Assembly (NCBI GenBank): GCA_945876945.1
Contig: CAMCQE010000006.1
Span: forward strand, 1 to 62,706
DNA: 62,706 nucleotides
Direction of reading: 5' to 3'
Source of the DNA: Klebsiella pneumoniae
Lineage (GTDB): Bacteria > Pseudomonadota > Gammaproteobacteria > Ga0077536
Under the pieces are notes generated by a model. It searched no databases. It saw only the letters and a list, made by a program, of their open reading frames with translations, and had not been told where the DNA came from. Within the stretch, counting starts at the first letter, position 1. Each line of letters starts with the position of its first letter. Shown one piece after another: positions 53,672-62,706 of this stretch. Made by a program: the position numbers and the translations under genes.

Positions 53672-54272
53672 CGCCCCACACTTCCTGTAGGCGCTTATCG
53701 CGGCCGCAGTGGTGACGGTAGAACTTGTAGCGCACTGCGTTGTGCTTGTAGTAGTCCTGATGGTAGTCCTCGGCCGCATAGAACGGCCCGGCGGCCACGA
53801 TCTCGGTAACGATTTCCTGCTTGAATCGCCCGGATTTCTCGAGCGCGACCTTGCTCGCCTTCGCTGCGTCTGCCTGCGCTTCACCGTGGAAGAAAATCGC
53901 CGAGCGGTATTGCGTCCCTGCATCGCAGAACTGTCGATTGGGGGTGAGCGGGTCAACGTTGTGCCAGAACACCTCCAGCAGTTTTTCGTAAGTGACGACC
54001 GCCGGGTCGTAGACCACGCGGACCGCTTCAGCGTGTCCAGTGCCGCCGCTGGAGACTTCCTCATACGTCGGATCGATCTTGCTGCCCCCGATATAACCAG
54101 ACGTCACCGACGCCACCCCGGGCAGCGCTTCAAAGGGCGGCTCCATGCACCAGAAGCAGCCGCCGGCGAAAGTGGCCTCGGCCTGACCGGCGCCGGGAGG
54201 CGGGAGTTCGGTGGCTTGTGCGCTCAGGCCCAACATCCACAACGACAGTAGCAGGCTCATTACTCGGGACAT
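53655..54272 (-). CDS. msrA: Peptide-methionine (S)-S-oxide reductase, with signal peptide
   Basis: FAGGCFWC, PTYEEV, TGHAE, QYRSAIF, AEDYHQDY. Confidence 0.95.
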   Translation of the reverse strand: MSRVMSLLLSLWMLGLSAQATELPPPGAGQAEATFAGGCFWCMEPPFEALPGVASVTSGYIGGSKIDPTYEEVSSGGTGHAEAVRVVYDPAVVTYEKLLEVFWHNVDPLTPNRQFCDAGTQYRSAIFFHGEAQADAAKASKVALEKSGRFKQEIVTEIVAAGPFYAAEDYHQDYYKHNAVRYKFYRHHCGRDKRLQEVWGASPPH

Positions 54273-54320
54273 GTTCTCTCTCCGTTGACCGGCTGTGTGA
54301 TTAAGACGATGAGTGTGCGT

Positions 54321-55493
54321 TCAGAGATGGTGACGCTCATCCCGTACGGCAAAGTCGCGCAGAACAAGTTCATCACCCAGCCCCAACGCCATCACTTTGA
54401 AACTGGTGCCCATCTCGCTAGGCAACAACAGCATGCGCGCCTGTGCTGCCAGCCGCGCCGCGGCCGCAGGGTCGGCCTGCATGGCCGACTGCAGATGCGC
54501 TTCGATGCCATTGGCGAGGAGAAATCCGGCCTGCGTCGAAAAACCCGCCACCTGCAAGCCAGCATTGACCGCCGCTTCTGCCACTGCGGTGAAGTCGACG
54601 GACGCGGTGATGTCCTGCAGCCCCGGCAGCCACAGGGGATCATGATGCAGACGATGCTTCCAGTAGCAGCGTACGCTGCCCTCGCCACGGGCGGGATGAT
54701 AGTGGTCATGTCTGGGATTGCCGTAATCCAACAGCAGCGCGAGACCGCGCCGGATGAAGCGCGGCAGGTCGGCCACCCACAGCGCTTGCTGCAAACTGAT
54801 TTCCCCGATAAAGCCGCGGGGCAAGGCGAGGCCGTCCAGTCGCTCTGCGAGCACCGCCGCCAAGGCGCCGTCAGCCTGGCGTTCGCGCCAGATCAGCGTA
54901 TCGGTGTCGTCGCAGCCAACGCCACGTTCGAGGAAACTCTCCTCGGCGCATTGAAATATGCTGGTCGGGAGCGCGTCGAGGATTTCGTTGGCGATGACGA
55001 GGCCCTCAAATGGGGCCGCCGGCGCGTCGTGCAGCCAGCCGATCTCCAGCCTGTCCGCGAACGCCAGGGCGCCGAGGCGCGCCCTTTGTTCTTCGCGCAG
55101 CTGCGGGCTCAATTCCACAATGAGATAGCGGGCGGGCAGCGCATCCTCGGCCGCCAGCGCTTCGAGCACGCTGGCTGCCAGCCGCCCCGTGCCGCCGCCA
55201 AACTCAATGATGGTGTCGCCATAAGCGCTAACGCTGCGCCATTGCCGGGCGAGCGTGCGGCCGAATAGCGGGGAGATTTCGGGCGCGGTCACGAAGTCAC
55301 CCTCGGCGCCAAACTTGCGACTGCCGTTCATGTAGTAGCCGAGGCCCGGCTCGAACAGCGCCAGCGACATGTAGCGATCGAAGGGCAGAAAGCCGTCGTT
55401 GGCCTTGATTTCGTTCACGATCCGCAACCGGAGTTCGGCGCTCAGCGCTAACTCTGGCGGTGAGGGATCGGGTAATCTCGACGGAACATCCAC
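54321..55493 (-). CDS. SAM-dependent methyltransferase, MidA/NDUFAF7 family
   Basis: PGLGYY, GDFVTAPEISPLFG, EFGGGTG, ANEILDALP, LLDYG, QDITASVDF, EMGTSFKV; start uncertain. Confidence 0.9.
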   Translation of the reverse strand: MDVPSRLPDPSPPELALSAELRLRIVNEIKANDGFLPFDRYMSLALFEPGLGYYMNGSRKFGAEGDFVTAPEISPLFGRTLARQWRSVSAYGDTIIEFGGGTGRLAASVLEALAAEDALPARYLIVELSPQLREEQRARLGALAFADRLEIGWLHDAPAAPFEGLVIANEILDALPTSIFQCAEESFLERGVGCDDTDTLIWRERQADGALAAVLAERLDGLALPRGFIGEISLQQALWVADLPRFIRRGLALLLDYGNPRHDHYHPARGEGSVRCYWKHRLHHDPLWLPGLQDITASVDFTAVAEAAVNAGLQVAGFSTQAGFLLANGIEAHLQSAMQADPAAAARLAAQARMLLLPSEMGTSFKVMALGLGDELVLRDFAVRDERHHL

Positions 55494-55538
55494 ACTGAAT
55501 CCTTGGCCCAAAGGCGGCGCCGCATCGTATCCCCCGTT

Positions 55539-56264
55539 ATGAACGAAGTCATGCTTGTTACTGGCGCGGCCCACCGACTGGGCGCGGCAATTGCGCGGCG
55601 CCTGCACGCCGAGGGCTATCGCGTAGTGGTTCACTATCACCATTCCGCCACCGCTGCGAACGCGCTGGCGGCGGAACTCAACGCGCGCCGGACTGACTGC
55701 GCCACGGCCTTGGCCGCAGATCTTGGGGATCCGGCAGCGTTACCAACGCTCATCGCCGCTGCCGCTGCCCGCTGGGGCCGCCTCGACGGACTCATTAACA
55801 ACGCCGCCGTTTTTCGCCCCACCCCGCTCACTGATGCGACGCTGGACGATTGGTCGAGCATGATGAATGTGAATCTGCGGGCGCCGTTTTTACTCAGTCA
55901 GGCGGCGATGCCCTGGCTGGCGGAAAGCGCGGGGAGCATCGTTAACGTCACCGATATTTATGTCGATCGCCCCAAAGCCAATCACGCCATTTACTGCGCG
56001 ACCAAAGCGGGGCTCGCCGGCCTCACCCGGGCGCTGGCCCGCGATCTGGGACCCAAAATCCGCGTGAACGCGGTGGCGCCAGGCGCCATTCTGTGGCCGG
56101 AACAGGGGGATTCAATCGAACAAAGCAGGCTTCTGGCCCGCACGCCGCTGGCGCGCGCCGGCGAGCCAGAGGATATCGCCACGGCGGTGTTGTATTGCCT
56201 GCAGGCGCCTTACGTGACCGGCCAAATCATGGCGGTAGACGGCGGACGTAGCGTGGTGGATTAA
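55539..56264 (+). CDS. folM: Pteridine reductase (FolM-like SDR)
   Basis: TGAAHRLG, HYHHS, INNAAVF..TP, NVTDI, YCATK, RVNAVAPG, VDGGRS. Confidence 0.85.
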   Translation: MNEVMLVTGAAHRLGAAIARRLHAEGYRVVVHYHHSATAANALAAELNARRTDCATALAADLGDPAALPTLIAAAAARWGRLDGLINNAAVFRPTPLTDATLDDWSSMMNVNLRAPFLLSQAAMPWLAESAGSIVNVTDIYVDRPKANHAIYCATKAGLAGLTRALARDLGPKIRVNAVAPGAILWPEQGDSIEQSRLLARTPLARAGEPEDIATAVLYCLQAPYVTGQIMAVDGGRSVVD

Positions 56265-56276
56265 GACTCGACGGGC

Positions 56277-56741
56277 TTACTTTTTGAAGCGTGTAGCCGC
56301 ATCAAAGTCTGGCATAGGGCTCGCAAGATGCCAGACCGCAGGACCTGATTCATACCACCACCTCTGTTTGTCGCGCACGGACGAGGCCATGCCCGTCTCT
56401 TCGCTGTAGAACTGAATGTCGACAGTGACGCGCGCTTCATCGCCTGGCCCGTTCCGCAACACCTCAACCTCGTTGTAATGCGCGACCTTCCAGGGTTTAT
56501 AGCGCGCCAACACCGGCATCTCGACCTCCGCCTCGCCCTCTCTGGCCTTCAGATAGCGCGAGGCCTCCTCGAAAGAGCTCCAGCGAATGAGCTTGCGGTA
56601 GCTGTCCAGCGTGTTGGTTAGCGCCACTTCGCGCTGGTCGTGCGCCTTGCGTGCTGCCGTAGCACAGCCCGTAAGCGAGACCATCATGACGCCCAGCAGC
56701 AGGCTGCACAGCGACCGACGGAGCATGGGGAATTCAGCCAT
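56277..56741 (-). CDS. Hypothetical lipoprotein
   Basis: Basic N-region, hydrophobic stretch and LTGC lipobox; 8-nt overlap with the folK 3' end. Confidence 0.7.
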   Translation of the reverse strand: MAEFPMLRRSLCSLLLGVMMVSLTGCATAARKAHDQREVALTNTLDSYRKLIRWSSFEEASRYLKAREGEAEVEMPVLARYKPWKVAHYNEVEVLRNGPGDEARVTVDIQFYSEETGMASSVRDKQRWWYESGPAVWHLASPMPDFDAATRFKK

Positions 56742-57246
56742 TCGCGGAGTCTCCTGAGCGGGTCGGGGCGGGTGCAAAAAGCTGCAGCGCTTCGGTGCGG
56801 GCCTGCATGGCCGCCCATAAATCCGCATAGGACTGGCGCAGTTGCGGATGCAGCACGTGGCCCGCGATTTCCGCCAGCGGACCCAGCACGAAGTTGTACT
56901 CGAGGATATCTGCCCGCGGCAGGGGCGGTGTGGCACTGATCTGGTCGCCGTAGGTGAGCAAATCCAGATCCATCGTGCGGGCCGAAAACTTGGGCCCGCC
57001 ACGGATTCGCCCGCAGGCGTCTTCAATCTCGCGCAGGCTCCGCATCACGGCTTCGGGCGTTTCATCGGTATCGATGCCCACCGCGAGATTGAGGAAATCG
57101 TCGCCCTCAAAGCCGGCCGCGGGCGACTGGTAAGTACTGGAGAGCAGCAACGCGCCATAACGGGCCCGCAACGCGGCGAGGGCCTGCGCGATATGGCGCT
57201 CCGCCGCCATATTGCTCCCAACGCTGAGGTAGGCCCGGGTACTCAC
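56734..57246 (-). CDS. folK: 2-amino-4-hydroxy-6-hydroxymethyldihydropteridine diphosphokinase
   Basis: YLSVGSN, FLNLAV, IEDACGR, RTMDLDLL, FVLGPL. Confidence 0.92.
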   Translation of the reverse strand: MSTRAYLSVGSNMAAERHIAQALAALRARYGALLLSSTYQSPAAGFEGDDFLNLAVGIDTDETPEAVMRSLREIEDACGRIRGGPKFSARTMDLDLLTYGDQISATPPLPRADILEYNFVLGPLAEIAGHVLHPQLRQSYADLWAAMQARTEALQLFAPAPTRSGDSANG

Positions 57247-57599
57247 GCGGGGCGGGTGCGCTCGATTTGGATGCCGACGTCGCGAACCTGCCGCACGGCG
57301 GATTTCTTATTGATTCTGATCTTCACCCATAGCACCCCGAATTCCGCGAACAAGGTGTCCGCAATCGTCTCCGCCAAACGTTCAACCAACAGAAAACCGC
57401 TGGTTTGGGTGAGTTGAATGACGCGCTTGGTGACGGATTTGTAGTCGATGGTGTCGTCGATCGAGTCGCTACGGGCCGCCGGGCGGATGTCCGTGCCTAA
57501 ATCCAGATCGATTTCGAGCGTCTGCTCAAACTGTCGCTCCCAATCCCAGATGCCGATGACGGCGTCCACACGAAGCCCATGCAAAAAAACGATATCCAT
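57243..57599 (-). CDS. folB: Dihydroneopterin aldolase
   Basis: VIGIWDWER, SDSIDDTIDY, LVERLAE, VGIQIER. Confidence 0.95.
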   Translation of the reverse strand: MDIVFLHGLRVDAVIGIWDWERQFEQTLEIDLDLGTDIRPAARSDSIDDTIDYKSVTKRVIQLTQTSGFLLVERLAETIADTLFAEFGVLWVKIRINKKSAVRQVRDVGIQIERTRPA

Positions 57600-57696
57600 T
57601 GCCATCCTGAGGTGCCGCCCTGATTGGCCTGTTAAGTGAGTCGAAGTATAAAGCTTAAACCCCATAGTCGCCGGTTAAGGCCGGCTGAAAGTGAAG

Positions 57697-58296
57697 ATGA
57701 TTTCAGACCTCGCGTTTATCCTTGCCAGCTATCTGCTGGGTTCGGTTTCCGCTGCTGTCGTGGTGTGCCGCGTTTTGGGCAAAGGCGACCCGCGCGAAAC
57801 CGGTTCCGGCAACCCCGGCGCCACCAACGTTTTGCGCGCCCACGGTAAAGGTCCGGCAGCGGCGACGCTGATCGGAGACATCGGCAAAGGCGTGGTGCCT
57901 GTGTTGTTGGCGCGCTGGGCCGAACTCGGGCCGCTGGTGATTGGCGGTTGCGCCTGCGCCGCCTTTTTAGGCCATCTTTTCCCAGTGTTCTTCGGCTTTC
58001 GGGGCGGCAAGGGCGTCGCGACTTTCGTCGGCGTTTTGCTGGCGATATCGCTCTGGCTGGGCCTCGCGTTTATCGCCACCTGGCTGACGGTGGCCGCGAT
58101 TACCCGCTATTCCTCGCTCGCCGCGCTGGTTGCCACCGCGGCGACACCGCTCATTGCGGGTCTGGCGCTGGGCCTGCCCGCGCCGATGGTGGTGGCGACC
58201 ACTGTCATGGCGGCGGCGATTATCTATCGCCATCAGGCCAATATCGCACGCCTGCTGGCAGGCACCGAAGGGCGCATCGGCAAACGCGGCGCTTAA
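57697..58296 (+). CDS. plsY: Glycerol-3-phosphate acyltransferase
   Basis: [40 protein letters not shown]. Confidence 0.96.
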   Translation: MISDLAFILASYLLGSVSAAVVVCRVLGKGDPRETGSGNPGATNVLRAHGKGPAAATLIGDIGKGVVPVLLARWAELGPLVIGGCACAAFLGHLFPVFFGFRGGKGVATFVGVLLAISLWLGLAFIATWLTVAAITRYSSLAALVATAATPLIAGLALGLPAPMVVATTVMAAAIIYRHQANIARLLAGTEGRIGKRGA

Positions 58297-59336
58297 GGCG
58301 GGAGTAATTCTTCCAGCGACCAACGGGGCCTCACGCTAAAGGCGTGCGCGCTACGAGCGCCAGCCGCAAGCCGCAGGCTCCCGGCGTAAGCCACCATCGC
58401 GCCGTTATCGGTGCAAAACTGCAGCGCCGGGTAGCGCACCTGCACGTTCATCTCCGCGGCCAGCGTGCCCAAGCCGGCGCGAAGCGCGCGGTTGGCGCTC
58501 ACCCCGCCCGCCACCAGCAGGGTCTTGCGCCCGGTCTGACGCAAAGCCCGCCGGCACTTAATCACGAAGGTATCCACCACCGCATCGGAAAACGCCCGGG
58601 CGATGTCCGCCTTTGCGCCCGGCTCGTCCGCGTGCTTGCGCGCGGTCGTGGCGGTGAAGGTCTTCAGGCCGCTGAAGCTGAAATCGAGCCCCGGCCGATC
58701 GGTCATCGGCCGGGGAAAACGAAAGCGGGTCGGGTCGCCGTTCAGCGCGAGTTTTTCGACCGCAGGCCCCCCCGGATAATCGAGGCCCAATAATTTTGCG
58801 GTTTTGTCGAAGGCTTCGCCCGCCGCATCGTCCAGTGATTCGCCCAGCACCCGGTAGCTGCCCAGCGCCGCTACATCCACCAGCATGGTGTGACCACCGG
58901 AGACCAAGAGGGCCAAGAACGGAAAATCAGGCGGGTCGGGCTCCAGCATGGGGGCGAGCAAATGGGCTTCCATGTGATGCACGCCGAGCGCGGGGATCCC
59001 CAAGGCGAAGGCCAGCGCCTGCGCCACGCCGGCGCCCACCAGCAGGGCGCCGATGAGTCCGGGCCCCGCCGTATAGGCGATTCCCGTGAGATCCGGGAGT
59101 GCTCGTCCGGCACTGGCCAGCACCTCGCGGGCGAGTGGCACCACCCGCCGCACGTGGTCGCGAGAGGCCAGCTCGGGCACCACGCCGCCGTAAATTCGGT
59201 GCATATCGATCTGGGTAAAGACCTCATGCGCGAGCAGGCCAGCGCCCGTTTCGTACAGCGCGACGCCGGTTTCATCGCAGGAAGTTTCGATGCCGAGCAC
59301 CAAATGGGGCGTTCGATCAGATTTTGCGGTAGACAT
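58293..59336 (-). CDS. tsaD: tRNA t6A37 threonylcarbamoyltransferase
   Basis: [52 protein letters not shown]. Confidence 0.98.
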   Translation of the reverse strand: MSTAKSDRTPHLVLGIETSCDETGVALYETGAGLLAHEVFTQIDMHRIYGGVVPELASRDHVRRVVPLAREVLASAGRALPDLTGIAYTAGPGLIGALLVGAGVAQALAFALGIPALGVHHMEAHLLAPMLEPDPPDFPFLALLVSGGHTMLVDVAALGSYRVLGESLDDAAGEAFDKTAKLLGLDYPGGPAVEKLALNGDPTRFRFPRPMTDRPGLDFSFSGLKTFTATTARKHADEPGAKADIARAFSDAVVDTFVIKCRRALRQTGRKTLLVAGGVSANRALRAGLGTLAAEMNVQVRYPALQFCTDNGAMVAYAGSLRLAAGARSAHAFSVRPRWSLEELLPP

Positions 59337-59408
59337 TGTGGTTGACGCTCGTTAGGATTTCGGCCCTCTAGAAATAGCCTAACGCCCAAATCCCGAGAAG
59401 TCGCCCGT

Positions 59409-59624
59409 ATGCCATCAGTCCGAGTCCGCGAGAACGAACCTTTTGACGTGGCCATGCGCCGCTTCAAGCGCTCCTGTGAAAAAGCCGGCGTACTCGCCGA
59501 AGTCCACAAGCGGGAGTTCTACGAAAAACCCACTCAGGAACGCAAGCGCAAAGCCGCTGCCGCCGTTAAGCGCTGGCAGAAGAAAGCCGCGCGCCAGAAC
59601 GCCCGCCGCGTCCGTCTCTACTAA
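59409..59624 (+). CDS. rpsU: 30S ribosomal protein S21
   Basis: [18 protein letters not shown]. Confidence 0.97.
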   Translation: MPSVRVRENEPFDVAMRRFKRSCEKAGVLAEVHKREFYEKPTQERKRKAAAAVKRWQKKAARQNARRVRLY

Positions 59625-59649
59625 GCCCTGTCCTCAGGGCTTCCTGCCC

Positions 59650-60102
59650 ATGGCTTCAGACACAAGAGACCGCCTCAACGCGGATATCAAAACGGCCATG
59701 AAGGCCGGTGATAAAACGCGTTTGGGTACGCTGCGATTCATCAGTGCAGCCCTGAAGCAGCAGGAAATTGATACCCGTACCGACCTTGATGAAGCTGCCG
59801 TCATCGGCATCATCACCAAGATGGCCAGCCAGCGCCGTGATTCCATCTCGCAGTTCGATAGCGCCGGCCGCGACGACCTTGCCAGCAAAGAGCGGGAAGA
59901 ACTAACGGTAGTCGAAGAATATTTGCCCGCACCCCTCTCAGCAGAGGAAGTTACAGCCTTCGTAGATGCCGCAATCGCCAAGCTTGGGGCGACCAGCATC
60001 AAGGACATGGGCAAGGTGATGAACGAACTCCGTCCCCAACTGACTGGCCGCGTCGATATGGCCGCCGTTAGCACCTCCATCAAGCAACGTCTCGGCGGCT
60101 GA
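59650..60102 (+). CDS. GatB/YqeY domain protein
   Basis: KTAMKAGDK, QRRDSISQF..AGR, YLP, IKDMGKVM. Confidence 0.93.
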   Translation: MASDTRDRLNADIKTAMKAGDKTRLGTLRFISAALKQQEIDTRTDLDEAAVIGIITKMASQRRDSISQFDSAGRDDLASKEREELTVVEEYLPAPLSAEEVTAFVDAAIAKLGATSIKDMGKVMNELRPQLTGRVDMAAVSTSIKQRLGG

Positions 60103-60180
60103 GGCCGCAGCCTCACTCGCCACCGCCCGTCAATCCCCTAGAATCCACCTGACGGCAATTCAGCCGCAGCAGGGACTTCA

Positions 60181-61881
60181 GTGGCCGGCAAGATCCAGCA
60201 ACCCTTCATTGATGACCTCCTCACGCGTGTCGACATCGTCGAAATCGTGAGTCGTTCGGTGACGCTGAGAAAAGCTGGCCGCGACTTTCAGGGCTTGTGC
60301 CCCTTTCACAACGAGAAAAGTCCGTCGTTCACGGTGAGTCCCGACAAGCAGTTTTATCACTGCTTTGGTTGCGGCGCCCACGGCTCCGCCATTGGCTTCC
60401 TCATGAATCACGATGGCCTGAGCTTTGTGGAAGCGGTGGAAGATCTCGCCGGCCACCTGCATCTGCCCATCCAGTACGAAACCGAGACCAACGCGCCGGC
60501 CGCGCCCAGTCATCGCGGGCTCTACGAGCTCATGAACGAGGCGCAACAGTGCTACGCCAAGGCGCTGCGGGAGCACCCGGCGCGCGAACGGGCGGTGGAA
60601 TATCTCAAACATCGCGGCCTCACCGGCGCCATCGCAAAATCCTTCAATCTCGGATACGCACCGCCCGGCTGGGACACGCTCACCAGCCAGCTGGGCACGG
60701 ATGTCTCCCGCCGCAGTCAGCTGGTGGAAGCCGGCCTTGCCGTGCAACGAGACAACGGCACTTTCTACGACCGCTTCCGCGACCGCATTATTTTTCCGAT
60801 TCTCGATCGTCGCGGTCGCTGCGTGGGTCTCGGCGGACGCGTCATCGATCAGGGCGAGCCGAAATATCTCAATTCCCCAGAAACGCCAATTTTCCATAAG
60901 CGACGCGAGCTCTATGGACTGCATCACGCCTTACGAAGCAGCGGGAGGCCCACACGCATCATCGTGGTTGAAGGCTATATGGACGTGGTCGCGCTGGCCC
61001 AGCATGAGGTCAACAACGCGGTGGCCACGCTGGGTACCGCCACCAGCGACGAACATCTGGAGCAAATCTTCAAGCAGGTGAACGAGGTTGTGTTCTGCTT
61101 CGATGGCGACAAGGCCGGCCGACGCGCCGCCTGGCGTGCCCTGGAAACCGTCCTGCCCTTGCTCTCCGAAGGCCGAAAAGCCGGGTTCCTGTTCCTTCCG
61201 CAGGGCGAAGATCCGGACAGCCTCGTGCGGGCCGAAGGGAAGGCGCGCTTTGAGCAAGCAGAACACGTGACGCCCCTCTCGACCTTTTTATTCGACGAAC
61301 TCTCGGCTCGCGCCGACATCAGCAGCATGGACGGTCGCGCCCAGCTCGTAGCCCTGGCCCGTCCGCTGATTGGTAAAGTCCCTGCGGGCCCGTTTCGACA
61401 ACTGCTTGGCCAGCATCTGCAACGTCTGGCTCAAACCAGCGTGCGGCTCGGACCCGCGCCTCCGGGGGCGCCGGCACCAAGCGCGCAAGCGGGACGCCCG
61501 AACAACCGGCGAGCCGTGCCATCGCTGCTGCGCCAGGCGATTGGTCTGCTGGTGCGACGTCCGGGTCTGGCGCCGCTGGCCCGCGACCTGCCGGCAATCG
61601 ACGTCTCCTCTGATCCCGAATCCGCGCTGCTGGTCACGTTGCTAGAACTTATTGAGCGAAGCCCGGGTCTCAACGCCGGGTCCTTGATGGAGAGCCTACG
61701 CGATACCCCGCAGTACGGCTTACTGGAAGAAATTCTCCAGCAACCCGTGCTGCTGGCCGAAGATCACTGGGCAAGCGAATTCAGTGGCGCGATCGAGCAA
61801 CTCCTGAAGCGGCGCGAGCGCCAGCGGTTCAGCCGACTGGTCAGCCAGCAGACACGCAAGCCTGATCTGGAGGGAGAGTGA
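60181..61881 (+). CDS. dnaG: DNA primase
   Basis: CPFHNEKSPSF, YHCFGC, DRFRDRI, KYLNSPET, VVEGYMDV, CFDGDKAG, DPDS. Confidence 0.98.
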   Translation: MAGKIQQPFIDDLLTRVDIVEIVSRSVTLRKAGRDFQGLCPFHNEKSPSFTVSPDKQFYHCFGCGAHGSAIGFLMNHDGLSFVEAVEDLAGHLHLPIQYETETNAPAAPSHRGLYELMNEAQQCYAKALREHPARERAVEYLKHRGLTGAIAKSFNLGYAPPGWDTLTSQLGTDVSRRSQLVEAGLAVQRDNGTFYDRFRDRIIFPILDRRGRCVGLGGRVIDQGEPKYLNSPETPIFHKRRELYGLHHALRSSGRPTRIIVVEGYMDVVALAQHEVNNAVATLGTATSDEHLEQIFKQVNEVVFCFDGDKAGRRAAWRALETVLPLLSEGRKAGFLFLPQGEDPDSLVRAEGKARFEQAEHVTPLSTFLFDELSARADISSMDGRAQLVALARPLIGKVPAGPFRQLLGQHLQRLAQTSVRLGPAPPGAPAPSAQAGRPNNRRAVPSLLRQAIGLLVRRPGLAPLARDLPAIDVSSDPESALLVTLLELIERSPGLNAGSLMESLRDTPQYGLLEEILQQPVLLAEDHWASEFSGAIEQLLKRRERQRFSRLVSQQTRKPDLEGE

Positions 61882-62052
61882 GCGGAAAAAGGGCTGTCAT
61901 CGTGAAGTCGATCGACTACAATCCGAAGTCCTTTTGCCCGTTCTGGCAAAAAGCCGACCTTGAACTAGACTCAAAGCCTCTCCCGGGGGCCCGCAGCCCC
62001 GCCGGTTTCGGCGTTTTTCGTTTCAAATCAGACCAAAGGCAGATCTCAGAAC

Positions 62053-62706
62053 ATGGATACCCCTGAAGAATTGGAATCCACCGACGAGCAGTCGCAGCTC
62101 AAACGGCTCATCGCCAAAGGCAAGGAACAAGGCTTCCTGACGTATCACGAGGTCAATGACCACCTGCCTGATGACATCGTCGATCCCGAACAGATCGAAG
62201 ACATCATCAACATGATTAGCGAAATGGGGATCCCGGTGCATGAAACCGCACCGGACACCGACACCCTGCTGCTGAACGAGACCGATGTCGACGAAGAAGC
62301 CGCGGAAGAAGCCGCCGCCGCCATCGCCGCCGTTGATACCGAATTTGGCCGCACCACCGACCCCGTCCGCATGTACATGCGCGAAATGGGCACGGTGGAC
62401 CTGCTCACCCGCGAAGGCGAAATTAAAATCGCCAAGCGCATTGAGGAAGGCCTCAATCAGGTGCTGTCCGCGCTCGCGGATTTCCCGGCGGTCTCCGAAC
62501 AGTTCCTGAAGGATTACGACCGCTCGGTTCAGGGCGAGATCAAAATTACCGAACTCATCAGTGGTTTCATTAACCCTGACGAAGAACCCGGCGAAGTGCG
62601 GGAAGACATCGAAGCGGCGCTAGCCGAACCCGAAGTGGCGCCGGGCGCCGAAGAAGAAGGCGCCGAAGACGGCGAAGACGCCGATCCAATTGCCAATCAG
62701 CTTGAT
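62053..62706 (+). CDS. rpoD: RNA polymerase sigma70, 3'-truncated by window edge (not in the ORF track)
   Basis: Hand translation: QSQLKRLIAKGKEQGFLTYHEVNDHLP...RTTDPVRMYMREMGTVDLLTREGEIKIAKRIEEG. Confidence 0.98.
   Translation, partial: MDTPEELESTDEQSQLKRLIAKGKEQGFLTYHEVNDHLPDDIVDPEQIEDIINMISEMGIPVHETAPDTDTLLLNETDVDEEAAEEAAAAIAAVDTEFGRTTDPVRMYMREMGTVDLLTREGEIKIAKRIEEGLNQVLSALADFPAVSEQFLKDYDRSVQGEIKITELISGFINPDEEPGEVREDIEAALAEPEVAPGAEEEGAEDGEDADPIANQLD

Noticed and set aside
61959-61990. Sigma32 promoter for rpoD (CTTGAA at about 61959)
   Set aside because: No CCCCAT-like -10 at the right spacing; too weak to call.

Overview
This is a 62.7 kb, gene-dense, mostly high-GC core-genome segment of a gammaproteobacterium, judged from gene content and order. 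Left to right: anmK (partial), erpA, bactofilin, hemJ, an unlisted rubredoxin, thiD-thiE-hemL, fabA, a PepSY-PhoP-PhoQ-like module, nitrilase-family amidase, rraA, glmU, the atpIBEFHAGDC operon, parB-parA-rsmG-mnmG, a GldA/GldF/GldG/DUF4340-type ABC operon, glyQS-gmhB-plsC-hemB, glnA-DUF4124-ntrBC, lptM-lysA, trxA-rho, HIT/Nudix/tesA-ybbAP, hemH, slt-NDUFA9-like-cca, msrA, NDUFAF7-like methyltransferase, folM/folK/folB, plsY, tsaD and rpsU-yqeY-dnaG-rpoD (partial). I saw no rRNA, tRNA, CRISPR array, prophage, IS or defence island, and no clear-cut new multi-gene system. Best leads: (1) a single in-frame TGA interrupting an otherwise intact atpH; (2) a candidate three-way-junction RNA structure in the mnmG/ABC-operon intergenic region, upstream of an uncharacterised Gld-like ABC system; (3) an RsmG lacking its conserved SRA-motif arginine; (4) recognisable regulatory sites (PhoP-box-like repeat, sigma54/IHF/NtrC sites). 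All calls are by eye from motifs and synteny; no searches were run.
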